Source: Thalia democratica
Taxonomy: Eukaryota
Direction of reading: 5' to 3'
DNA length: 64,000 nt
Assembly: GCA_965202585.1 (NCBI GenBank)
Contig: OZ241829.1
Coordinates: 12,648,001 to 12,712,000 of the forward strand
Made by a program: the position numbers and the translations under genes. Numbering within the stretch: position 1 is the first letter of the stretch; the number at the start of each line of letters is the position of its first letter. Below are positions 12,331 to 27,100 of the stretch, one piece after another. The notes below the pieces were generated by a model, which saw only the letters and a list, made by a program, of their open reading frames with translations, was not told where the DNA came from and did no database searches.

Positions 12331-14182
12331 ACTCCAACCACTGATTACTATTTGTCAAAAATATTAACATGATTTGATAAACATACAATAAAGTATCAGT
12401 TTAAATTCAAAAACTGCTTATTTAAAAAAAAATTATTTTGTTTTAGATTATACACAGGAATGCTGTAAGAATTAAACGACAAGTTTTTATCTAAAATTTT
12501 TTTTTAATCCTTAGAAACTAAAAATAAGTTTTGTTTTAATTGCTGTTTAATAATTAATCTAGACTGTGAAAACTGTTCAAGCTTTTATAGCTACTCTATT
12601 GTTTAGAATATGACCTGAGCGAAATAGATTTCTATGATTTGTATTCTATTTTGTTAAATAATGTGTATGTTATTTTACAAAGTTATAGTATAATTTACTT
12701 TGATTAATTTTAAAAATCAAAAACTACTCTTGCTACCAAGCAATCTGACTGCTATAAATTTTACTTTTATACATTTTTAGTAACAGTAGTAGTAATCAAA
12801 GTATTGCAGATCAGTAGATTAAATTAAGTTTTAATAACATAAAAAAACCCTAAATACAGTTTTAAATATTAAAACTTTAAAGCTCAATTGATTTCAAGAA
12901 AAAACTTGTTTCGTTTTAATCTAAACTATCTGAGCTATGTATGTATGTGTTTAAAAAGTAATCAATGTTTAAACACAAAGCTAGCATAAAAATTAGTAAT
13001 TTTATTTTAAACATAACAGTATGCATTAAAAGAAGAAAAACTTGTTTTTATATATAAAGAAAGTTAAATGTAAGTAGTAGATATTGACACAAATAAGCTA
13101 AAACGATTAACTTTGACTGTATATTAAAAGCATAGTTGCAACAACAATTGGTTTTAGTTTGTGGTTGTGATGGTTTAATATAATAATTATAAAAAGTTTG
13201 TTTATTCTGCCTAAATTTTAAATATTTTGTCCACAGGACGTCATTTGTAAATAAAGTATCGTAATGAAACTCTTTATAATTTTAGACTTTTAATCAAACA
13301 TGATACTTTGTTTTCACGAGTAGTAATGCATCATAATATTTATGTTCCTTATCAATATTTTAGAATTTTATTAAAAACTGAATATGGCTTAAAGAAGTTT
13401 AGTATTTTAGAAATATATCAGGCTAGTTTAATTTTTTTTCTCAAAACTTTAGCTAGTCTTGATGTATATATAATCGCTTATTTTGTTGTTAAATGAATGT
13501 TTTACATTTTTTTTGTTTCGTGTAGCTTTATTAAATCCAAAAATGTTTACCTATTCGACCAATATGTAAATACTTTTTAAAGATAACAATACTTTTTTTT
13601 AATCACTTACAACTGGTTGTAAAATATTTTGCTTTAAAAAATATTTATAGTATGAGTTACTTTAATAGTCTTAATTTTAATTACTTACTTAGAATTTTTT
13701 TTTTGATTATGAGAAATTTTAATTTCTATGATTAGGATATTTATCTCATTGAAAACAACTGAGGCTGGTTTACATATTAGTTTAGAAAATGAATAACCTC
13801 AACAGAGATAAGATATTAAATTTTACTTCAGACTACCAGCCTTAAACTACATTTGATTTATTACATTAAAAAATTTAATAAAGTAAAAGTATAAGAGTAC
13901 TCAAGTAAAAGTATTAACTTTTGTTTTACTTATAACTTTTAATGTTAAAGTGGACTTTAAAGTTACTCGAAACTTCTCTTCTTGTTATACATGTTACGAT
14001 AAAAACTAATAATTTTAACAGTAGAAATTCTTAATTAGAAAAATTTCGAATTAATAAAGAGGAAAGTATATTCAAACGAGTTAAAGTTGTATAAAGTCAT
14101 CTATTCTTAAACATTAAGTACTGCCAATATACATTTTAATAATTTTTTAAAAAATTTTAACAATTTTAATATATATACTGCT

Positions 14183-15670
14183 TTAGAAACACAAGTTTTT
14201 TTTGATCTCGCAAAGCCCGTGCATTTCTTTCTTGCCGGTAGGTTCACCACTAAAGTTACTCGCACACGTCCAATCATGCAAACCAATACTTGAATGACCA
14301 GGTTGGTAATAAATAGCTACACAATCCGCATCGCCTCCCGGTTCACCTAATAAGTTTTAGTTTTAGTTGCAACCTTTATAACTATTTGTTTCAAAACATA
14401 TGTTACACAACAAAGTGAAGAGCAAAAACGTGTTTCTTATTTTGATCAAATATGATGTTTTTGAGAAAATCTCTAAAACTTTTAAGACAGTAATTGTTTG
14501 AATTAAGGGTCGGCAGCTTGTTTAATGTATCTGACCGAACTTATTTTAGAAATTGTTTCGCATACCGAGCAAAAGTTTGAATTTTTACTAAAATATAAGG
14601 AAAAGTTTAAAAACGTAATTGTGTAAACTAAAGCGTTTTTTAATAACTACTGTTTGCAATTAATCAAAATAAACCATCTATATTAAAGTTTCTTAAAGTG
14701 AGTCATATAGCCTCCAAGGCGGCAAACGATCCAAATTGGGAGCCAATGAGATCATAGTATGAAACTTACACTTGATATTTTGGATTTGGTAGTGAAGAGC
14801 AAAAAAAAAAAGGTTTCAGATGTGTTTAAGGTTAGTTTTGAAACTTATACTAGATATTTCGGATTTGCAAGCGAACAGCAAAAAGTAAAGGTCTCAGGTG
14901 TGTTCAATATTCTGTAGTTAATGGTGAATAGCAAAAAAAAATTTTAGGTTTATTTGTTTATTTAAAGGTAGTTTTGATAAGCCTTGTTGTAAGGGGCCTA
15001 GCTTTTTTTATTCCTTTAAAGGGGCTTTTGAAAAATAGTTTGGCAAACCCTGTTGTATATGAACAGTAGTAGAAAATAAAGTTTCATTTGCTAATATTAA
15101 TTTAAACTAAAATATACTTTACTGTTCAAAGACTATTGCTTAATAGGCCGAACTCGTTATTTGCTATAATTAAATATAAAACCTTTTAAACATTTAAATT
15201 GGTATTTCTTTCAAAATTAACTTAAACCTTCAGCCCAATGATACAAGTGATCTTCATCTTTGTTTGAGGGATCATAAACTGTTCCGTTCAGAAATCTGAA
15301 AACTCTGTCTTCTTCTCTGTAGTGAACTCCGACCCAAAAAAACTTCTGAGAAATACTTTCTTCGACAAATAATCTTATTTCTTTGCATGTTTTGCTACTC
15401 ATATAAATTAACACAACTTTTATTTCTAAAGTTCATTACTTTTATTTATTTTCTTGTGAAACCTTCATATTTACGAATTATAGTTATTAAGTACCTATGT
15501 AAAAAAGAATAACATCTTAACTTAGTAACAATGAATTAAAAAATAGCTACATGAACGAAACTTTATTTTTAACTTTACTTATAAACTAGGAATTAAAAAA
15601 AAATTTATCATATTGATGCTATTCCCTTCCTTCAAGTCTGAGATTGTGAATTATGAGGTCATCTCAAAAT
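14183..15670 (-). pseudogene. Partial duplicate of the C-type lectin gene (exon 2 remnant, exon 3, intact exon 4)
   Basis: Exon 2 remnant ~15613-15665 has donor GT changed to AT; exon 3 copy ~15228-15382 has acceptor AG changed to AA; last exon 14183..14346 is intact (GEPGGDADCVAIY...LCEIKKNLCF*). Confidence 0.7.
14704..15052. repeat. Partial non-autonomous DNA-transposon-like repeat
   Basis: Internal GAAGAGCAAAAAAAAAAGGT motifs and terminal TTTGGCAAACCCTG; a related copy lies at ~50737-50985. Confidence 0.4.
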
Positions 15671-16731
15671 GTACTAAACAAAATGTACTAAAATAATAGT
15701 AAATATATTCATAGTAGTATATTATTTTGAAAAAAACTTTATTATAAAAAAAATAAGCTAAAAAAATGTTTCAATAAATTAATTTGTTGTAAAGTTTCTT
15801 CTAAGACAGTATCCATGAAAACAAACGAAAATAGTTACAACTATTTAGAGTTATTGCATGATTTAAAAAACAAAACGTTATTACGCTTTTATTCTGTTTG
15901 TTATACATTGTTTATTGAACGAAAAAAAAGCACTTAAAAAGTTAGGTTTACAGACCTGGTGCATGAAAAAACCTTTCGGTTATCGAGTCATACACCAAAA
16001 CAGTGTAACGTCATACCCAGGACACGACTGAGTTAGTGACTTAATTTAACTGAAATCTATTTTAACTGACATGTTGTTGATTTAATTATTAATATATTCA
16101 ACTAAGTTTTTTCATAATTATTATTTTGTTATTTAAGTTGCTGTACTATACTAATAGATTTTAAATACAGCTTTTGTCTTAAGTTCGATATACTACTTAA
16201 ACTGCCGAAATTAAAAAAAAAGCTCAACCAATTACAATAAACACAAGACACTTTTTTCTGTGGATTTACCATTTATTATACAACATTTTAATACTTACCA
16301 TTTGCATTTTTATCTAGACCAAGCAATAAAGTAAACTTTTAAATTAATACAAACACTTAATACATTAGGAAAAAAATTTTTATATAAAAAAACTTTATTT
16401 TAATGTTTTAATATATGTAGTTTAAAAAAAAAACTTACATAGAGATTTTTTATACAAAACCTGTGTTCTATACCACACGTTGTCTAACAAAAAATTTAGT
16501 AGTAATATTTTAGAAGTACCAACTTCTATTTTCTTAAAAAGTTGAATATTGATGTGTACTTTAAAAACCTCAAAACGTATCAGTTTAATGCTATACAAAA
16601 AATTTATAACTTTAACAGTAATGTTGTCAATTAAAAATTTTGAACTAGTAGAAATTAAAGAATTTAAAACAAATTAGCGTTGTATAAGGTCAACTGTGGT
16701 GAAGCATCAGTTATCAGCAACATAAAAATAT

Positions 16732-18613
16732 TTAGAAACACAAGTTTTTCTTGATCTCGCATAACCCATGCATTTCTCTCTTGCCAGTAGACTCGTTACT
16801 CAAACCATTCGCACACGTGTAGTCATGCAAACCGATACTTGGTCGACCAGGTTTATTCCAAATAGCTACACAATGAACATTACCTTCTGGTTCACCTAAT
16901 AATAAAATGTGTAGTTGCAATTTTTATCATTATTTACTTATTGTTTAATATGCATGTCGTTTTTATGATAACTTAAAATGCATTAATATCAAATGTGTTG
17001 TTTAATAGAGTGTATATAAATTTTTTAAAGAAATTAATTATTTAAAGCAAGAATTAGCAACCTGTTACATTAACAAGTCAAATTTTATTCAGAAAAATTC
17101 TAGTGCGGTTCTTGTCTCAAATTTAAAAAATAGGTAGGAATACCTATAAAAACCACTTTTATTTTTAAAATAAAACTGTTTAGTTTTGTTCTTTAAGTAA
17201 ACACCACTGTTTAATGACTATCAGAGCATATTTTTAAGTTAACAGAGCCGTATGCTGTGATACAATTTCAAGTTTGATCTTACCAATCCGGTCTCAGTCT
17301 ACAAAAGTTTTTTGTCTGATGAATGAATTGGCGTGATCAAACCTTTTCTTTATTTGGACAATTGTTTTTAAATAAAAACATATATCGCTTTTTAGATGTT
17401 TTACCTGGTAGGCTGAATTCGCCCCGCAGGCTTTTTGAAACTCTTTATCTAAACACAAAAACATTAAACACTTTTTAAATGACAAAATTAAGAGTATTTC
17501 AGTCTAGGTTCAAACTAAAACGTGTTCAAAATGTTTCAAATTAAAAAATATATATACAAACCTTCATCCCAATGATATAGGTGGTCTTCCTCCTTGTTTG
17601 ACGGATCATAAATTGTTCCATTCAGAAATCTGAAAACTCTGTCTTCTTCTCTGTCGTGGACTCCAACCCAAAAAAACTTCTGAGAAATACTTTCCTCGAC
17701 AAATGATCTTATTTCTCTATGATTAGAGTAAATACTAAACATTTGTTTTATAAAGAAGCCTTGATTTTTTTTTGTAGCTAAATATCACCATTCTTAATTT
17801 AAAAACAAAAGCTAATAATCAGTTTAAAAACAAAAATTATTATCTTTCAAAAAGTAACCAAGTATGTTATGTGCTTTAAAGAAACACCAAAAAAAATAAA
17901 GTTACTGGTGATATTGGCTTCCTTCCGGTCCAAGATTGTGCATTATGAGGTCTCCCCCCATTTCAAGACACATGACTCTGCTTTCATCAAATCCTGCAAG
18001 TTTGCTGGTTATTCTGAACTCGTATCCCTCACAGTCGTCCAATGTTGATAAGGACCCTGTTGGTTATAAAAACTTTGATTTTATTAGAGTGCTAATTTAA
18101 AAGTGTTATGTTTGCTTTCTGAAACTCGAAGTAATGTAAGTAATACTTTTTGGTTTTTAGTTTATTTAAAATTTTGCAAGTTCTCATTAAAGTTTCAGTG
18201 TTGATAGAGATCCTGTCGGCTTAATTAAGTGCTATTTTAAATTGAATGTAAATTGAACCTTGAAACTTTACTAAGTTATAAATATCTTCCCATACTAAAA
18301 CCCGTTAATTTTAAAAACTTGTTTTTTTTTTAAATAAGTATACGCAAGCTATTTTTTGTATAATACAGTTGCATAATTTTTAACAATACTTTAATGCGTT
18401 TCTACAACTAAATCTATGAAAGATTTCATTTTAAAAAGTGGTTTACTTAATCAAATATAAAATTTAAAAGTAGCAACCTAGCATGGAATTGAATTGCTGA
18501 TTTAGTTGGTGAAAATTATCGCATGACGTGCAACATTGCTGCCCGTGACAATAAACTTGACTGATGAAGAGAATAAAAACATAAGTTGATATTCCCTTGT
18601 CTTTTAAAATCAT
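16732..18613 (-). CDS. Secreted C-type lectin domain protein, 4 exons, 201 aa
   Basis: Exons 18478-18613 (signal-like MILKDKGISTYVFILFISQVYCHG), 17906-18056 (FDESRVMCLEMGGDL), 17562-17716 (FWVGVH...YHWDE), 16732-16895 (GEPEGNVHCVAIW...HDYTC...LCE). All GT-AG, phases consistent, 606 nt. Confidence 0.85.
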
Positions 18614-21600
18614 AATGAAATATATGTCTACAAATTTACTTAGAATGAAAAACTACCACAAAATTATATGTTTTTTAATTAAAACTCTTTATTATATAGA
18701 TAAATTTGAGAATTTTTTCGACCTTAAACTTAGATATTTATAAGTTTCATACCTACTTGTAGTAAAAATTCAAAACGCTTAAGATTATTATTTACTGAAG
18801 AAAACGTGAAAGATGACAAAAATTTTTGCAACTAAAAAGGAAAACTAATTAAATCTGACACTTTCTTTTAGATATAAAGTTTATGTTTTGGTTTATAATA
18901 CTACAGTTGTTGAAAACAAAAGTCATTATAATTACCGAAATTAAAAATATTTAAACTGTGAAGGTTCACAAGTTTACTGTAGACAGTTTTGCCAGAAGAC
19001 TGTATTTCAGAAAGAGAACTTGTACTTTTAATAAACAATAAAACTATATTCTCTTCAATGCAAAACTATACTGAAAACTTAAAAATTATTTGCTATAATT
19101 CTAATAGAATATGCTATAGTCGTACTGAATCAAAACTGTTTTCAAAATTTTAAGAATTAAAAATAACTTAATTTAAACCCTATATGTTTTTTTTTTTAAA
19201 TTTTAGTCATATGTTCATTAAAACAAAGTCGTTAAGCGTTGTTTTACTTATTTATTTATTTTTTGCTTTTAAGACTGCAGTTAGTAATTTATTTTTTTGT
19301 AGCTTTTTAAACTAGTTATATACATTATACAAACATTGTGAATTAAGATTATTTCTATCCTTAATACAATTTTATTTACTAGTTCTTTAACTATCAAAGA
19401 AAACGTCGGCTAAAGTCTACATAGCCCAAAGCCTGGAATTTCGTACGCCGTGAGACAAGCTCAAGTTAACATAAAGTTTGATCGTACCACCAAAGTTCTG
19501 AAACTATAAATAGTTATTTGATTTGAAATTTAGCCTTTATATGTCTACTATTAGTATCTTTATTTTAGTCTGGACTTGTTAGATACCGCTTCTTTCATAG
19601 CAACTTTATTTACAATCTTACATAGATTATTAAATAAATAAAAATTATATAATGTATCGTCATTATAATTTAAAAGTAAAAGTCACGTTTTGACACTTTA
19701 CTGCGTACTTTTAAAGAATTAAATATTTATTTAGATAATTCTTTGTTTGTTGTGTTGACAGCTGTAAGTACCGCTACTCTAACTTTATTTGTCTGTCTAC
19801 AAAAAAAAAAGCCAAACAATTTTGTTTTATAGAAATTTAAATAAGTTATTAATAAAAACTATTGAATATCAATCCGTAGCACATACAGTTGAACCAACTC
19901 GGGCTGAACTAAGACTATATATTTATAAAATAAATTAATCTAAACTATATTATAAAATTAACTTTATAATTTGTTAATAAATCAAACGTCAAGTAATTAA
20001 AAATTTTATCAAGGTGGTTCATTCAGCTTAAATTTTTTTAAATTGAAGAAATTTATTTATAGATGAACTTTAGATTTACTTTGTTAGATACGTGGTTTTC
20101 CTATCAAGAGTTATCGAAAACATATTCAGAAATTTTGTCTTTTGTACTTCCAGTTACATAATTAACTAGTTGTTGTGTTTTGATCGCAAGCACAAAAAAA
20201 ATGCAAGTTGAAGTTGCTGACGACTAAGTCCCGTAACGCATTTGACTTCGATGAATTTAATACAAAATTAGCAGTGTTGATTTTGATCTTTTGCTGTAAT
20301 TTAGAAAAGTGTGACTTAAAACAAAAACAACAATTTAAACAATTTAAACTTTCATCTTTTCTACTTTTTTAGGTTTCTATAAAATTTAATGTTTTTTTAA
20401 TTAACCAGAGTATTCTATTATAGTCGATTATTAATAAGGCAAATGCTAAGAATGGTGTTTAAAAACTGTTTATAACTGATATCTAAAACAGGTTTAACTA
20501 GTAGATACTAAGGTCTGTTATTAGCTGCTAAATGCAACGCTTTTTAATTTAAACACTTTGATAATATTTCATCATTTCAAGAAATTTCAACTACTGACGC
20601 TTAAACTAATAAAAATCTTTTTTTTTTTTTACAAATACCACCCAAAGTATAATTACAAAGTTATATCAACCAAGGGACGGAAAACTGCGAAGGCCTTATT
20701 TTAAATGGGATGCGTCCAGAAAAAAAAACTGCGGCCCGCAAGCATGTAAATTTGGCCGCCAAATCGGAACTTTTTGAAAATTACAGCAGATATTATGGGA
20801 GTGTAATAAAAAGTTAAAAAAAGGTCACGTTGTAACTGAAACTGCACCTAAGGAAGATTTTTATCTTTTAAAATTTTGCCAACGACCACCAAATACCTAC
20901 TGACCCCTGGTGTAGATGGATACAAAAACCTTAATTTCTGCCCTGAAATAAGTTTTCAGTTTAACCAGAACCTTAAGCAACGGACTGTCTGCAAAACGCT
21001 GCTTAAATACGTAAAACATTTCTTTTCAGAGGTCGATTTTGACTTTAACAAGATATTTGTCACAAACTCGACTACTATTAGTTGTACTGTGTTTGCATTT
21101 AGCTTTAAATTTATCCATAAAAGTTTTGTTTGCTATAATTTGTCAAAAACGAAAGTTGACACTTGTTTGATATGTTTTAAACTAATAAGTAGTTTGTCGA
21201 GTCAATTCTATACAAATTAAACTTGAAAAGTACTTATAAATTAACTCTAAAAACTTTAAAGCAGAAATATTTAATACCGTTTTTAGTTTATTCAAAAGAC
21301 ATTATTTTTGGTAAATTCTAACATGGGTAAATTTAAACAGTCTACTTAATAAACAGCCAATAATTTTTTTTTGATTTTTTCAATATCTCATTTGCTTTGT
21401 TTTTAAAGTTTTGTGAAAAAGTTTGTTTTGAAACAAATACTACAAGAAAACAATGAAAAAATATAAAACTAAAAACCAAAATATGTAATTGCTTTCAAAA
21501 TTCAGAACTTACTTACAAACTTTAAAACGTTTAGTTTTGCTAATAAACTTTTCTGCAAACTAACTTTACTTGGCCTATCTTCTCATAAAAATTTGTTGTA

Positions 21601-23512
21601 ATTACTTCTGGTTTTACAAAACTACGAACCATAGAATTAATAGTTTTAAGCTGTTTTTGTACCGAACCTGCTTTGAAAACGAATTTACGTTTTGCTATTA
21701 AAATAAGCGGCACTGCATTGAAAATTTTGTTTTAGGTCTAAATAGTTTTAAATTTTTTTTTTTGTAAGAAAAGTTTTTTTTTAATTATACCGTTAGCCTA
21801 TGTTTGAATTTTAAACTTAAATTGCAAAAAAGGAAAAAATAATAAAACACTTTAATTTTTCACAGTAACGCACATGATACGCTTAAAAATATTTAACGCT
21901 ATATAAATACTCCAACACTAACTTAAGAAAACGCTAAAAACTTATCTGTTACTTGGTGATGGTTTAAGATTTTACTTTATCGTAGATATTTATTTTACTA
22001 AAAAACAAAGCTTTGGAGACAATTAAAAACAACTTTAAAAACTTTGATATATAACGATATATTATATGTTTTGGTTTTAAGAAAACAAATAAAGAGATCT
22101 CAACTACTAGAGGAGATATATTGAATTTATTTTTCAAGAATTTGTTTGACAAACTAAGTTTCGGTCAAAAACTATAATATATAACGGTATGAAAATTTTT
22201 GCACAACCTTTGTTTAACTAAAGTAATTATTTTGGTCAAGTTTACAGGTAGTTAAGAAAATTAATAAGTTGAAATCACATAACAGTACATTATCAAAATT
22301 GATACCAAAAGTTTATTTACGGTAAATCACTGTAAAAACATACTAATATTTAATTAAAAAAATATATGGTTAACAGAATAAAGCTTTGCATGCCTTCTTA
22401 AAACTTGATGATCAACTAGAAAGAATAATATCTTTATTAGAGTTTGCAAGCTACTTGAAATAAAAATGTAGCTTCTGTTGTAAACTCCATTTAATGTAGA
22501 AAGTATAGCTTTTTAAAGCTTACTTGAGGTAGTTCAAAACAGTAGAATAGTTTTTTATTAACCTCATGAAGGTTTGTTGAAACACTTTGTATAATTATTT
22601 AATAAGTTAAACAAAGCTTTTTTCGGTTTGATTGTCTTCACGACATCACCTATATATTTCATTGCTTTTTCAACTAGTTGGTGTTAATCGTAAATGTATA
22701 GTAAATTTAAATTTACGGTTCAACATTTTGGTTAAGTTCTTTTGTAAAATAACGTTCAAGGCAAAAGCTTTGCGGTTATATTTTATTAACCTAAACACAA
22801 GCTGAAAATAGGTTTTTTGAAGTCTGTTCTATACTTGTAGGTAATTGTTTATTTAAACTGTCTCATCAGAACATATGTTTTTACTGTGTTTTTAAGAAAG
22901 ATTTTTAAAAATTTAATAGTTACTGTTGTTCATAAAAGTGCAATTCATTTTTGATATCGACTAAAAACTGTTTAATAGCACTAACCAATAATAAAAATAC
23001 AAAAAGTCAAAAATTTAACTACAAAGTGAAACAAATGATAATTACAAACCTTTCTTTTTTAAATATTTTATGTTTGATTTTCATGAAAAAAAAAAGTTAA
23101 TTTACTTAAACCAAAACAAATTTATTTATTAAGAACAGTACGTACTCCATGGTTTATTTTTTTAACCATTTTACATAAAATACTTTTTTATTTTTCTTAA
23201 GGTAAGTTTGTTGTAAAATTAGCTAAATATAAGGAGCAAACTATACGTTACTTAAACGTTTTTTCTCTTTATTCTATAAAATGAAAATTAATGTTTCTGT
23301 TTTGAATTTTTTACTAATGCAACACAGTTAATTATCAATATAATTCGTTGTGCTATAAAAAAATTCTTATTGCCTTAAAAATAAAACTTTTTTTTTAATT
23401 GTTTTAAAGTAAAAGGTCATTACTGACTAGTCAGTTACGTAATTTGTTTTTGTTTATAAATAAAAACAAAAACAAACTGAGATTAAAAAAATTAATAAAA
23501 ACAAAAACAGAA

Positions 23513-23555
23513 AACCGGAAATCGCGTGGGACGGACTTGGAGTTTATATACGTTG
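23513..23555 (+). other. Possible 5' non-coding exon of the transglutaminase gene
   Basis: Short GC-richer patch ending at a consensus donor G|GTAAGT (23556), ~600 nt upstream of the ATG. The start position is a guess. Confidence 0.35.
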
Positions 23556-24155
23556 GTAAGTATCATTTATATTTAAAAAAAATCATGATATAAATCAAGC
23601 GTTTTCTACTTTATAGGTAATACTTTTATTATAGCCTATTAGTGATTTGTATTTTTTGTTTAAAACGCGATTTTGTACAAAACTTAAGTTTTTTATAAAT
23701 AAAAAGATTTTTTACTGAACAAACTTTTATGCCGGCTTTATTTGTTTTATATTTAATATTTTTTAACATCAAATATAAACGATTTGAAAACTTAGTTGAG
23801 TTGTCTTTTTTTTTTTTTTAATTTACCAAATTTATTTATTTTGTTAAAACACAAATTTTATTAAAACTTGAGATCAAATTAAAACTAAAAGCTTATTTAT
23901 TTAGTACTGCAAACTGAATAAACTAGTAATTCCGTTTAACAACTTATATTAAACATTATTAATTGTGTTTAAAGAAAACAAGGCAAATTTTGACCTGGGT
24001 ACAACTTCTGAAAAACCTGGATCTAACACAATATTGACATGCGATTTAATTAATACTAATTATTTTACCTAATTTAAAATCTATTTTATTTCGTTTATAT
24101 TTTGTAAACACAATACAAATTATAGTTGTTAATTTAATTTAAGAGTTTTAAGAAA

Positions 24156-27100
24156 ATGGGTGACTGGGGAAACTTTGACCTGGACAAGCTGCTGAAAAAT
24201 CCGGACCTGCTGGACAGCTTCATCGAAAAGAAAGTCACAAAGGAGCGAGTGAATGAGTGGGACAAGAAGAAGAAGCAGAAACCGCAGAAACCGACTCCAA
24301 GTAATTGATCTTTCTGATTTATTTACTTTATTTTAGTTTGTTTAGCAATGTTTCACTAAGTAAACAACACTATTTCGCCTAAACAATGCTAATCATAACT
24401 TATTAGTGACAATACATAAATATTAGGCAAAGATAAATAGCAAGAGAATATTAATAAGAAATAGTTGATTGATCTTGGTTTTTTGTTTAAGTTTGTTAAG
24501 TTTAAATTTTAAGCTAAGAAAAAGGAGACTTGTTATAACCAACGCCAAGTTGTTTAAGAATAACTTAAACTGTCTTTATGTTTAACAGTTTTATAAGTAA
24601 TACTATGTTTTATAAGTGAAAACATTTAACACGTTGGTTTTTATCTACGTTTATAATCAAAAACTTATACTTTGCGTTATATCTAAACTACGTAAAATAT
24701 CTTACGAAAATGTAGAAATTTTTTAAGTCCAGTAAGTTAGTATAATAATAATTTCAGTTAAACTTTATTTAATAAACTAATATTTTCAAATTCTCCTTAA
24801 GCATGTAGATAATAAATTACTATTTCTATTTAAAACAACTGCTTAATAAAACTCAATTCCAGGTTACTACTCGAAGTACCGAATACACTTAAAACTTTTT
24901 CTAAGAAAATAGATCGAAATGATTTATACGTGGTTTTTGACGAATACTCTTTAAAACTACCTTTAATCAAAATAATAACTAAACGTACAAAATTCATCTA
25001 AAAACCAAGGCAACTTTAAAAAATTTATATTACCTGAATTACGTAAGCTGTGTTTAGGTAACAATAATTTAAATCAAATTTTACTTAATATTTTATTCTC
25101 TATAAGCATGTAGTTCACAAATTTTATCACTTTTAAGAGTTACTTTTTAAAACCAAACACCACAGGTTACTACCTGAAGTACCTAAGCTGCGACTACCAG
25201 ACATACTCCAACACAAAAAAAAAATTAAACAAAAATAACTTCAATTAAAATTTTACTTGAAGCGCTTTACTTTATCAACCGCTATGACCAGTACTTAAAA
25301 CCAAACACCACAGGTTACTACCTGAAGTACCTAAGCTGCGACTACCAGACATACTCCAACACAAAAAAAAAATTAAACAAAAATAACTTCAATTAAAATT
25401 TTACTTGAAGCGCTTTACTTTATCAACCGCTATGACCAGTACTTAAAACCAAACACCACAGGTTACTACCTGAAGTACCTAAGCTGCGACTACCAGACAT
25501 ACTCCAACACAAAAAAAAAATTAAACAAAAATAACTTCAATTAAAATTTTACTTGAAGCGCTTTACTTTATCAACCGCTATGACCAGTACTTAAAACCAA
25601 ACACCACAGGTTACTACCTGAAGTACCTAAGCTGCGACTACCAGACATACTCCAACACAAAAAAAAAATTAAACAAAAATAACTTCAATTAAAATTTTAC
25701 TTGAAGCGCTTTACTTTATCAACCGCTATGACCAGTACTTAAAACCAAACACCACAGGTTACTACCTGAAGTACCTAAGCTGCGACTACCAGACATACTC
25801 CAACACAAAAAAAAAATTAAACAAAAATAACTTCAATTAAAATTTTACTTGAAGCGCTTTACTTTATCAACCGCTATGACCAGTACTTAAAACCAAACAC
25901 CACAGGTTACTACCTGAAGTACCTAAGCTGCGACTACCAGACATACTCCAACACAAAAAAAAAATTAAACAAAAATAACTTCAATTAAAATTTTACTTGA
26001 AGCGCTTTACTTTATCAACCGCTATGACCAGTACTTAAAACCAAACACCACAGGTTACTACCTGAAGTACCTAAGCTGCGACTACCAGACATACTCCAAC
26101 ACAAAAAAAAATTAAACAAAAATAACTTCAATTAAAATTTTACTTGAAGCGCTTTACTTTATCAACCGCTATGACCAGTACTTAAAACCAAACACCACAG
26201 GTTACTACCTGAAGTACCTAAGCTGCGACTACCAGACATACTCCAACACAAAAAAAAAAATTAAACAAAAATAACTTCAATTAAAATTTTACTTGAAGCG
26301 CTTTACTTTATCAACCGCTATGACCAGTACTTAAAACCAAACACCACAGGTTACTACCTGAAGTACCAAAGCTGCGACTACCAGACATACTCCAACACAA
26401 AAAAAAAAATTAAACAAAAATAACTTCAATTAAAATTTTACTTGAAGCGCTTTACTTTATCAACCGCTATGACCAGTACTTAAAACCAAACACCACAGGT
26501 TACTACCTGAAGTACCTAAGCTGCGACTACCAGACATACTCCAACACAAAAAAAAAATTAAACAAAAATAACTTCAATTAAAATTTTACTTGAAGCGCTT
26601 TACTTTATCAACCGCTATGACCAGTACTTAAAACCAAACACCACAGGTTACTACCTGAAGTACCTAAGCTGCGACTACCAGACATACTCCAACACAAAAA
26701 AAAATTAAACAAAAATAACTTCAATTAAAATTTTACTTGAAGCGCTTTACTTTATCAACCGCTATGACCAGTACTTAAAACCAAACACCACAGGTTACTA
26801 CCTGAAGTACCTAAGCTGCGACTACCAGACATACTCCAACACAAAAAAAAATTAAACAAAAATAACTTCAATTAAAATTTTACTTGAAGCGCTTTACTTT
26901 ATCAACCGCTATGACCAGTACTTAAAACCAAACACCACAGGTTACTACCTGAAGTACCTAAGCTGCGACTACCAGACATACTCCAACACAAAAAAAAAAT
27001 TAAACAAAAATAACTTCAATTAAAATTTTACTTGAAGCGCTTTACTTTATCAACCGCTATGACCAGTACTTAAAACCAAACACCACAGGTTACTACCTGA

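Noticed and set aside
19300-23400. Possible genes in the AT-rich interval, including ORF 20876..21220
   Set aside because: Only short unlinked frames and repeat-like patches; no consistent exon chain or motif was found.
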